Source of the DNA: Promethearchaeota archaeon | Lineage (GTDB): Archaea; Asgardarchaeota; Lokiarchaeia; Sigyniarchaeales; SOKP01 | Assembly (NCBI GenBank): GCA_048938445.1 | Contig: JBHLME010000006.1 | Span: 1 to 62,541 of the forward strand | Direction of reading: 5' to 3' | Length of the DNA stretch: 62,541 nt | In this document: one piece after another, positions 1 through 8,563 of the stretch | Layout: each line of letters begins with the position of its first letter | Numbering within the stretch: position 1 is the stretch's first letter | Notes under the pieces: generated by a model | What the model was told of the DNA's origin: nothing | What the model saw: only the letters and a program-made list of their open reading frames with translations | Database searches by the model: none | Made by a program: the position numbers and the translations under genes

Positions 1-140
1 TGAACTCATTACGTATTACTCACCAGTACTAGTATGATATAATAATTTTTAAATTAAAATTCATGGTATTCAAAAGATTTTTTATCATCTAAAATATATA
101 AGATTAAACTATTTATAATATTGAACCTTTTTAAACTATA

Positions 141-1187
141 ATGTCAGATATGTCAAATAATTCAGAGGACGCTAAAGTGGATTTTGATGAAAATGACATC
201 AATAATGGTGAGAGTAATAAGGATAAAGAAATATTGAGTAAGGACTTTATACCTCATTTTTTACCTACATATAGGATTAAAAGAAATTTATATCCCATTC
301 CCATTATTTTGGTTGTTGTTTTTGCAGGTATATTAGCATTTTTATCCTCTCCTTTGATACCAGCAAATCAAGGTTATATTCCTGGTGGAGATACAAATCC
401 CATTATAGGTTTATTGAATGGTTTAATATTTACTGGAACTGCGGTAATTTCTGCATTTGTTATGATATATTTTGCCAAAAAAAAGGGTATCGAAGTTTTA
501 AAGTACATTTTTGGATTTAGTATTGGACTCCTTTCTTTTTTTTTAACTTGGATATTTGGGACGACCATATTATTCTTGATTATAAGGGATGAATTTATTT
601 ATAGGATTGCTGATTTGATCTTAATTTTTTTTTCTGGAATTTCAGCAATTATCATGCTATATAGGTATTTCACTTCAAATTCAATTTTTACTAAAAATTT
701 CATTGTTCTTTACAATGGATTATTGACAGGTGCTATAATGGGTGTAGTTATGCCTCTTTGGACAACTCTAGCGATTCTAATTGGTATATCATGTTGGGAT
801 ATATTTGCCGTGCTTTATAAAAAAGGCCCTATTAAAGAAATGATTGATCTTGCTACTGAAGCTAGAAGTTCTGAGATTAAAGAAATTGAAGAGAAAGAAA
901 AAATTGAAAAGGGAGAGGCTGTTTATGACACAACCAAATTAGAAATTGGAATTGGAGATCTAGTTTTTTATAGTATGCTTACCTCAAGTGCTCTAATTTT
1001 CTCAAATAACTTGATTGTAATGATTTTAACTGCAATTGCAATAATTATTGGGACGGGAATAACCATATCTGGACTAAAACGCAATAAAATACTACCAGGA
1101 CTCCCAATTTCGATTTTTCTAGGAATCGCAACTATGTTAATCTCATGGGGTATTTCACATCTTCTAATAATTATTTTTTCTTCTTAA
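141..1187 (+). CDS. Presenilin-family (A22) intramembrane aspartyl protease
   Basis: About 9 TM segments; catalytic motifs ISCWDIFAVL and IGIGDLVFYS (GxGD); PAL-like LPGLPISI. Confidence 0.9.
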   Translation: MSDMSNNSEDAKVDFDENDINNGESNKDKEILSKDFIPHFLPTYRIKRNLYPIPIILVVVFAGILAFLSSPLIPANQGYIPGGDTNPIIGLLNGLIFTGTAVISAFVMIYFAKKKGIEVLKYIFGFSIGLLSFFLTWIFGTTILFLIIRDEFIYRIADLILIFFSGISAIIMLYRYFTSNSIFTKNFIVLYNGLLTGAIMGVVMPLWTTLAILIGISCWDIFAVLYKKGPIKEMIDLATEARSSEIKEIEEKEKIEKGEAVYDTTKLEIGIGDLVFYSMLTSSALIFSNNLIVMILTAIAIIIGTGITISGLKRNKILPGLPISIFLGIATMLISWGISHLLIIIFSS

Positions 1188-1394
1188 AATAAATATAGAT
1201 ATCTTCTTATTTCAATATTAAAATCAGTTAAATCATTCATCTTTTAGATTTTTTTATTATCGTATAAATTCTATCTTATATATTAAGGGAATTTGCAGTT
1301 AAAACAATTTGAGTGTTTCTATTTTTTACGCTCGTATTTTTCGTAAGAAATTATCTTAAAAAAATTTTTATACAATGCAAATTAACAACTATTT

Positions 1395-2582
1395 ATGGTT
1401 AGTATTGATAGAGTTAATACAATATCTGTTCTAGGTGCGGGAGTGATGGGTCGTGAAATTGCTCAAGTTGCACTTATGGCCGGTTATAAGAAGGTTTTTT
1501 TATTTAGTAGATCAATGGAAACAATTAATAAGGCAAAAAAGTTCATCGAAAATGGCTTAGTTAAAATGAAATCGAAAAATCTAATAAGTGAAGAAGTCAC
1601 ACCAGATATGTTGATGAAAAATCTCGTTTTACTAAGGGATATAGAAAAAACTGTTGAAAATACAGATTTCGTAATTGAGTCTGTACCAGAAATTATGAAA
1701 CTCAAGCAGGATATTTTCAACAAGCTAGGAGAATATTCTCCAGATCATACAATCCTCGCTACAAATACTTCAACTATGAGTATTACCCAAATTGCCGAGC
1801 ATTCGAATAGACCAGATAAAGTACTTGGAATGCATTTCTTCACGCCTATCCCTGTATTACGCTTGATTGAATTGGTCAAAGGAGAGCAAACCTCTGACGA
1901 TACCGTTAATATAGCTTTAGAAGTAGGAAAAAGCTTACCTGCTTTAAAAGGTAAGAGATTCATACCTGTTATTCAAAAAGATCGTCCAGGTTTTATTGTA
2001 AACCGTCTTACTATTACTTGTAATCTTTATTTAGATTGGATATTAGACTATGCAATGGATAATAACATACTTTTAGAACAAGTGGATGCTGATGCTGGAG
2101 ATATAACATATTTGGGACCATATGCAAAAATGGATTATTTTGGGCTCGATACGGTATGTAATACAATGAACTATTTTGCAGAAAAACTTTCACCTGAGTT
2201 TGCTCCAGGTAAAACCCTTTCTAGACTTGTCAATGAAGGAAATCTAGGTAAAAAAACCGGTAAAGGATTATATAAATGGGATGAAAATAAACCTTTAATA
2301 AGTAAAGATAAAAAAGCCGGGCTTTTTAATCCAGAAATGTATATGGCAATCCAATTGAATGAAGGATGTCGTCTCTTAGAAGAAGGAGTTGTATCCAATT
2401 ATAAAATGATTGATGATACCATGCTAGCAGGAATGGACATGCCCGGACCATTCGGAGCTGGTAAGAATAATTACGAAAAATGGACTAAAATGTTAGATGA
2501 TTTCGTAGAAAAATCAGGAATTCAATATTTAAAACCTTGCAAATTAATGAGAAGTGGTGGATTTCTGTCAATGCGTAAGTAA
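1395..2582 (+). CDS. 3-hydroxyacyl-CoA dehydrogenase
   Basis: GAGVMG Rossmann motif, IESVPE, ATNTST, GMHFF, PGFIVNR, LGKKTGKG; duplicated C-terminal domain. Confidence 0.93.
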   Translation: MVSIDRVNTISVLGAGVMGREIAQVALMAGYKKVFLFSRSMETINKAKKFIENGLVKMKSKNLISEEVTPDMLMKNLVLLRDIEKTVENTDFVIESVPEIMKLKQDIFNKLGEYSPDHTILATNTSTMSITQIAEHSNRPDKVLGMHFFTPIPVLRLIELVKGEQTSDDTVNIALEVGKSLPALKGKRFIPVIQKDRPGFIVNRLTITCNLYLDWILDYAMDNNILLEQVDADAGDITYLGPYAKMDYFGLDTVCNTMNYFAEKLSPEFAPGKTLSRLVNEGNLGKKTGKGLYKWDENKPLISKDKKAGLFNPEMYMAIQLNEGCRLLEEGVVSNYKMIDDTMLAGMDMPGPFGAGKNNYEKWTKMLDDFVEKSGIQYLKPCKLMRSGGFLSMRK

Positions 2583-2675
2583 CTCCTTTAAAAAATCTTA
2601 AATTTTAAATGATTAATTTATTTTCAATTAAGTAATAAATGGAAAACAAATTTTATCTCATTTATTGATGTTCAA

Positions 2676-2951
2676 ATGGATTCAAAGAATGAAGATACTT
2701 CACCAAAAACAGGATTTGAAAAAATAGTTAATTTTATTAACACGATTGAAAAAAATCATCCAATTTCAATTACCGAGGTTGTTGAGAAGACCGAATTATC
2801 ATGGACATATGTCAGAAGGATACTTGAACAACTAAAAAAAGATTATATTGGATTAAATTTTGAAAAATCTGGAAGTACTTGGATTGCTTGGAAAGATAGG
2901 AATAAAATATCTAAAAAATTAGATGATACATGTGGACACATGCTCAAATAA
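2676..2951 (+). CDS. Small winged-helix protein
   Basis: ISITEVVEKTELSWTYVRRILEQL HTH followed by a beta wing. Confidence 0.6.
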   Translation: MDSKNEDTSPKTGFEKIVNFINTIEKNHPISITEVVEKTELSWTYVRRILEQLKKDYIGLNFEKSGSTWIAWKDRNKISKKLDDTCGHMLK

Positions 2952-2990
2952 AGATAAGTCTGATTTTCTTAATATATTGAAATATTTTCC

Positions 2991-3839
2991 TTAATAACCT
3001 AAGAAATCAGATACATGAGAACTCTTAGATAATTTAACATTAAAGTAGTTTTCGACTATATTAGTTAAAAAATCCAAATAATCTCTTCCAACATGAATAT
3101 GTATAGTATTTATGAAATGATCTAATATTCTTTTTGATGTAAATTCTTCATTTTCTTTCAAATTATTATTAAACTCTATAACTTCTTTTGATAATTCAAA
3201 TGCTTTAATAATTTCATTTTTTATAATGATTAGGCTTGTACTCGGATATTCTTCCGCTAAAAACTTTTGAATTATAACGTTTTCAATTTTCATTTCTTTT
3301 GGTTTCATTATTTTATCTTTATCTTGAATTATTCTGTTATGATCAAAGATAACATAATCCTTGTATTTTTTTTTATTTTTGCCGTAATTCTCCCGATTTA
3401 TGATATCTATGTCTATAGTAAAAGTTTCTTTAAAAATGAAATTATAAAAATTCGATAAATGCTTTTGCACTGCTTCACTATTTGTAATATACACTACCTT
3501 TTTTTTATTAAATCCACATCGCAGTAAATTTGCCATTGTTTGAGCAGCAATGTTAATTGTAATGAGATATACATCAATATTTTCTAAATCGGGAATCTCC
3601 ATCATATCAACTTTAATCTTTGTTTCCATTTCTGGTAACTCAACAGTAAAATCTGAGATAAAACAATCTCTAAGTTGAAAATTTCTATCAATGTATGCAA
3701 TAAAAGAATGTTCACAGATTAAATCTTGAGTGACATTTACCGCAGCAACACCTCTCTTGCTATTTTTTATTATATTTTCTTCTACTTCAATCATTCCGAA
3801 TTTTGCGCATGAAGGGCAATTAATTTTAACTTTAACCAT
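2991..3839 (-). CDS. Hypothetical protein with N-terminal Zn-binding module
   Basis: CPSC...CEH motif; GGAG-like RBS upstream on the minus strand. Confidence 0.6.
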   Translation of the reverse strand: MVKVKINCPSCAKFGMIEVEENIIKNSKRGVAAVNVTQDLICEHSFIAYIDRNFQLRDCFISDFTVELPEMETKIKVDMMEIPDLENIDVYLITINIAAQTMANLLRCGFNKKKVVYITNSEAVQKHLSNFYNFIFKETFTIDIDIINRENYGKNKKKYKDYVIFDHNRIIQDKDKIMKPKEMKIENVIIQKFLAEEYPSTSLIIIKNEIIKAFELSKEVIEFNNNLKENEEFTSKRILDHFINTIHIHVGRDYLDFLTNIVENYFNVKLSKSSHVSDFLGY

Positions 3840-3962
3840 AAATACTCCCTCTATATATAAGGTAATAAATTTTGTTTCTAAATTCTATTTCCTATATTAT
3901 GCAAAAAAATTCACTACTTAAAAGTCCTTCAAAAATTTTAAAAAAAAAAAAAGAAAATGAAG

Positions 3963-4751
3963 TTATTGTTTTAATAATAGTCTTTTAATAAAATTCGGAA
4001 GCACAAATCCTATATAGAACGATAAAGCTGCGATGATACCAAACACTCGTGCAAAAACTAGGGAAATCTGTGCAATGTCTAAGAGTTCTGGAATAGTTAA
4101 AAGAATTTCAAAAATAATTCCAATGGTGAATGTTACAAATGCTATCATGAGGAAAATGCCTTTTAATCTTATTGATGGTTCAGGTGACTTTAATGTTTGA
4201 GCACTGAAAATCAGACCAGTTAGAGTGAATATAAGTGAGGCAGACATTAGATAAAAAGCAATAATTGGATTCCACTCTACATAAAATGCAGATATTCTCA
4301 CCCCCATTATAATAGGATCATAGAATAACATGAGAAAATATATGGTCAAAATGATTATTTCGAATACTATCGCCCATATGATAAAAAACCATGTAATTGC
4401 TTTTCTCTGTTTTGGTTTATCCCGTAATACAAGCTTTGAAAAGGTATCAATCCATGTATAGAAAATTGGTGCAACCAACGCATTTGCAATTAAAAAATAG
4501 TATTCATTTGGTAGTTGATAAATATCATTACCTCCCCCTATGAGTATAGAAACAAAGGAAATAGTATCCGGCCACCAAGGTGTTATCAGTAATATCCACG
4601 ATATAGCTACAAAAAGTAGTTGCCTGTCTTTATATTTGATATACTTGAGGATCATGAAGACTCCTAAAATAATTGATACTGCTGTAAATGCTAATGTTAA
4701 ACTACCTTGTACATATCCATACGGTTCAAGCGGTGCCATAACACTTACCAA
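3963..4751 (-). CDS. Multi-pass (about 7 TM) membrane protein
   Basis: Seven hydrophobic segments; true start may be the ATG at 4739. Confidence 0.65.
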   Translation of the reverse strand: MVSVMAPLEPYGYVQGSLTLAFTAVSIILGVFMILKYIKYKDRQLLFVAISWILLITPWWPDTISFVSILIGGGNDIYQLPNEYYFLIANALVAPIFYTWIDTFSKLVLRDKPKQRKAITWFFIIWAIVFEIIILTIYFLMLFYDPIIMGVRISAFYVEWNPIIAFYLMSASLIFTLTGLIFSAQTLKSPEPSIRLKGIFLMIAFVTFTIGIIFEILLTIPELLDIAQISLVFARVFGIIAALSFYIGFVLPNFIKRLLLKQ

Positions 4752-5032
4752 TTTCGTTTGATATTTTATTATGTTTTTAATTAAAGTATTGCCATTCTTT
4801 AATTTTTAAATATAATTTAAAAAGATGGAAATATAGTAATAAGATACCATTAGAACTATTTATTTTTTTAGTTATTATTTATCACATAAATGTATTAGTT
4901 ATGAGGGTCTATTGATGATGAAAATAGTTTAAATGACTGCTAATTATAGTTTGAAATTTCACACTAAATTTTATTAACAATTATTTATTATCCCTATCAA
5001 TTTATATAAAATTATTTATGTGAATCAAAATA

Positions 5033-5971
5033 ATGAAAGTGGAAAAATCAAGCCAAGATCTTGAATCTGAAGTTATTTATGCAGGACTCTGCATTCATTG
5101 TGGAAGTTGTAATGCTTTTTGTCCGCATATGGATTTCAATCACGAAACGGGAGAGGCTTATGTAGTAGATGAATGTGCAGAAACAGTGGGATTATGTTAT
5201 AATGCTTGTCCAAGAAGCTTCCTACCTGTAAAAGAAATTGAACAGAAATTATTTGGACAGAATAGAATTGATTTAGCGGTTGGTGTCTATAAAGACATCA
5301 TACAAGTACAATCCAAAAACAAAGAAGATGTTCTATTTAATCTCATCGATGCTGCATTTAAAGAAGGAATTATAGAAACTTTAGTGGTTAGAGATACTAA
5401 AAGTAAGAAACCACCAGTGTCATTTCCAAAAGTCGTTGATAGTGCTAAAGATGCTAAAAAATATATTCCTGAAAAAAGTATGGATAATGCAGGTCCGTTA
5501 ATCACGGGAATTGGACAAGCTTATAAAGCATATAAAAAGAATATTGGTATCATAGCAAATCCATGTCACTTACAGGGTTTAGCAAAAATTCTCGCTAGCG
5601 ATTTTAATACTGGTGCTGAAAGGACATCTTTAAAAATTGCCTATGCTTGTTCATCTGGAGGAATGGCGGGGTGTAAATATTGTACTGATTTTTCAGGAGA
5701 ATTTTCAGACATCACCTATTCACCAATGGGTGCTCCAAAACCAGAGGTCCTGTTAATTATTCGGACAGATATAGGAATGAAAGTCTTAGAAGCTGCAAAG
5801 AAAAAGAAACTCATTGAAGTTACAAATAGTTCACCTGATCTTTCAGAGATGAAAAAATTCCTTAATAAAAAACGTAAGAAAAACTTCAAAACACTTTTAG
5901 GGACCTCTTTAGTAAAAGCAAAGTATTTATCTTTAAGCGTGGATGAATTGAAAGATTTATTAGAAGAATAA
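5033..5971 (+). CDS. F420 hydrogenase/dehydrogenase beta-subunit (FrhB/FdhB) family protein with N-terminal ferredoxin
   Basis: CIHCGSCNAFCP and CYNACPR Fe-S motifs; NPCH, CKYCTDF..EFSDI, IIRTDIG FrhB motifs. Confidence 0.85.
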   Translation: MKVEKSSQDLESEVIYAGLCIHCGSCNAFCPHMDFNHETGEAYVVDECAETVGLCYNACPRSFLPVKEIEQKLFGQNRIDLAVGVYKDIIQVQSKNKEDVLFNLIDAAFKEGIIETLVVRDTKSKKPPVSFPKVVDSAKDAKKYIPEKSMDNAGPLITGIGQAYKAYKKNIGIIANPCHLQGLAKILASDFNTGAERTSLKIAYACSSGGMAGCKYCTDFSGEFSDITYSPMGAPKPEVLLIIRTDIGMKVLEAAKKKKLIEVTNSSPDLSEMKKFLNKKRKKNFKTLLGTSLVKAKYLSLSVDELKDLLEE

Positions 5972-6004
5972 TTTTATATTTTATTTTACTTTTTCTCTTT
6001 TTTC

Positions 6005-6718
6005 TCATTTACAAACGTTTTTACGATTAATGTCAATGATCTCGTTAATATTATATTCATCAAATTTGTCTAATAGGGCATCAATACCTTCCTTTAATTT
6101 TAAATCCATTTCTTCTTTATAGAGAGGTACTATTGCAAAGAAGTATATAATTTTATTTTCATCAATTTGAAGTTCCCATGCTTCTTCTTTTAAGGTTATA
6201 GGTGGTAATAGAAGAGAGCAGCAAAACTTAGTATTTGTTGAGAATGGTTCCGGGGGATCTCCGTTTGGAATCGTATGAGTATCCCAAATCCACGTCTTAT
6301 AAATATGGGGGAATCTTGCTAGATATTTTAACTCTCCTATAGGCCAGTAGTTTTCATCATCTTGAAAGGCATCCTCAGTTAGAGGCCAATCTTTAGGAAG
6401 GAAGACCATTAATTCTGCATAATTATATCCCTCTAAACCCTCAGGGGGGTTCATAGGACGATCGCTCATACCTGAAGTAATGAGTATTTTTATATCATCA
6501 TCTTCATGTGGAGTAACAATATGGACGTCAATATGAACTAGATCTGACTCGATTTCATGCAATACGAAATCTATCGTTCCTATATGTTTTTCAATGTGTT
6601 CTGATATAATTTCAATATTTTCCTCAATTCCGATGGCAGGTTCGAAATCTCCATCAGGTTCTCCATAACGATATATTGGAGCTCCTGATTCTGATCGTTC
6701 TTGTTCTTCCTTTTTCAT
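6005..6718 (-). CDS. Suppressor-of-fused (SUFU) domain protein
   Basis: HIDVHIV, ITSGMSDRPM, YAELM, WPI..LK.LARFPH, VPLYKEEM. Confidence 0.88.
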   Translation of the reverse strand: MKKEEQERSESGAPIYRYGEPDGDFEPAIGIEENIEIISEHIEKHIGTIDFVLHEIESDLVHIDVHIVTPHEDDDIKILITSGMSDRPMNPPEGLEGYNYAELMVFLPKDWPLTEDAFQDDENYWPIGELKYLARFPHIYKTWIWDTHTIPNGDPPEPFSTNTKFCCSLLLPPITLKEEAWELQIDENKIIYFFAIVPLYKEEMDLKLKEGIDALLDKFDEYNINEIIDINRKNVCK

Positions 6719-6806
6719 GGTTTATCATTTTAAAAATATATCAATTGAGTATATTGAAAAATCGTATATATTTAAAATAGTTTATTAATAATTATATTCG
6801 AGTATA

Positions 6807-7373
6807 TTACTTTAGTATCCTATAGACTTTCAATATTTCACGGGTTAAAGTTTCAAAAATTTCTTTATTATTTTCACCCGATAATGAAGATGTCTCATAA
6901 AATTTTTCTATTTTATACTCTTCTAAAAATTTTTGCCCCTCATCAAATGAAACTACTCTTTTATCTATTTCTAAATCTTTTTTCATCCCTACTAGAATAT
7001 ACACTGGTTCTGTAGCATTTTCATCAACAATCTTAAACCAGTCTTTTAACTCCTCAAAACTCGAATATCTCGTAATATCATAACATAATAAACATCCTTG
7101 TGCTCCACGTGCATATCGTGGTAAAAAAAACCTGAATCTTTTTTCACCAGCAAAATCCCAAAGTTGTAAAGTAACCTTATAGCTATTTCCTTCATCATCT
7201 TCAATATCTAAGTGATATGACGCAAGATCGGTTCCGATTGTTATCTTTTGGGCGATGAACTTACCTGTTAAGAGTCTCTGGATCATGGTACTTTTGCCTA
7301 CACCACCATTGCCAACTACGACAATTTTGAAGGTAAATTTAGCTGTAAAACGCTTTCTTTCCTCTTGCGTCAT
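6807..7373 (-). CDS. Rab-like small GTPase
   Basis: G1 GNGGVGKS, G2 TIG, G3 WDFAG, G4 MKKD, G5 ETSS; RFRFFLPRYARGA RabF-like segment. Confidence 0.92.
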   Translation of the reverse strand: MTQEERKRFTAKFTFKIVVVGNGGVGKSTMIQRLLTGKFIAQKITIGTDLASYHLDIEDDEGNSYKVTLQLWDFAGEKRFRFFLPRYARGAQGCLLCYDITRYSSFEELKDWFKIVDENATEPVYILVGMKKDLEIDKRVVSFDEGQKFLEEYKIEKFYETSSLSGENNKEIFETLTREILKVYRILK

Positions 7374-7510
7374 TTTTCTCTAACCCTTAATTTTTATAAT
7401 TTTTTATTAATTTTTATATTATTAATAACAAAATACTTATTTTTATAAATTTAGTAAAAACATTATATGATCCAAATTATTCTTTGTTTTTGTTAAAAAA
7501 GTAGTAAATC

Positions 7511-7524
7511 CCTATGTACATAGG
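7511..7524. promoter_or_regulatory. Perfect 14-bp intergenic palindrome CCTATGTACATAGG
   Basis: Seen directly, between the membrane-protein gene and the GTPase gene; function unknown. Confidence 0.3.
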
Positions 7525-7571
7525 ATTAGTCTTGATCAATAATATCAATTATTGAGATTTTAATTTTAAAT

Positions 7572-8462
7572 TTAGTTAATATTCAAATATTCCTTTAATT
7601 TTTTATCCAATAATTTAAGATTTCTTTTAATCATCAATTGAATATTTTCGGGTAAAGGAGCAATGAGTTTTTGTATGCGTGTTAAATTTAAACCTTTAAG
7701 GTCCCTATAACTTAACAACAAAAATAAAATTGCTGATATTGGTGAAGCGATAAGTATGATAAAAATGAAATAGGGAATCATCATTGGTTCAGAGGATTCA
7801 ATTCCTGTACCTGGTAGAATATAGAAAAATCCAAAATTTAATCCTATTAATTGTAATAGTGTAAAAACAAGATTAATTAGATTCACACTTATAAAAACAA
7901 TAAGACTACCAATTGAAATTATTTTAAAGCTTTTAATTTTTAATTTTGAAAAAACTTCTTTAAAATCATTTCTAATTGTTTTATAATCGCTAATAATTTC
8001 ACTCAAATCATTTTGACTAATAAATATTGATATCTTACTATATTTCCACAAATCAATGAATATCCAGTAATAACCAAATGTATATGTGAAAAAATAAATT
8101 GGAATAAAGAAAATGGAATAAAGTCCAATTAATTGGGGTCGATATAAGCTTTCTGCCCCTAACCAATATAACAAGATTAATTGGATAATAGAACAAAAGA
8201 ATAAACGAGAGGAATGTATTTTCTCTGCACCTAAAGGATTGTAAATGATTGGAGTATTAGCATGTTGAATACGCCATTTATTTATACCAATCATTTTGAA
8301 AAACAAGGAAAAACTAAATGTAATTAATGGAAATAACATTAATAGTATATTTGACCATTCTTGAGAGATATTCAAAATGAATAGCAATAAAAATAAAACA
8401 ATTTCCATTATTAGGCTTTCATTTAGTAGTTTTCTTAATGGTTGATAATTTTGCTCACTCAT
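7572..8462 (-). CDS. Hypothetical membrane protein
   Basis: About 6 hydrophobic segments, 296-aa ORF. Confidence 0.6.
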   Translation of the reverse strand: MSEQNYQPLRKLLNESLIMEIVLFLLLFILNISQEWSNILLMLFPLITFSFSLFFKMIGINKWRIQHANTPIIYNPLGAEKIHSSRLFFCSIIQLILLYWLGAESLYRPQLIGLYSIFFIPIYFFTYTFGYYWIFIDLWKYSKISIFISQNDLSEIISDYKTIRNDFKEVFSKLKIKSFKIISIGSLIVFISVNLINLVFTLLQLIGLNFGFFYILPGTGIESSEPMMIPYFIFIILIASPISAILFLLLSYRDLKGLNLTRIQKLIAPLPENIQLMIKRNLKLLDKKLKEYLNIN

Positions 8463-8563
8463 TTTTTTATTAAAATAAGCTTAATAAATAAATTTTTATA
8501 CTTGATAATAATTTAAATTTTGATTGAGAGAATATTACTAATAACAAAAAAATAAAACTTGAC

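Noticed and set aside
1-24. Minus-strand gene start (GGTGAG RBS, ATG at 9)
   Set aside because: Only three codons lie in the window, so it cannot be assigned
5033-5971. Selenocysteine readthrough in the FrhB-like gene
   Set aside because: No in-frame UGA; the ORF ends in TAA
6005-6718. SUFU as evidence of Hedgehog signalling
   Set aside because: Only the N-terminal domain, of the type widespread in bacteria
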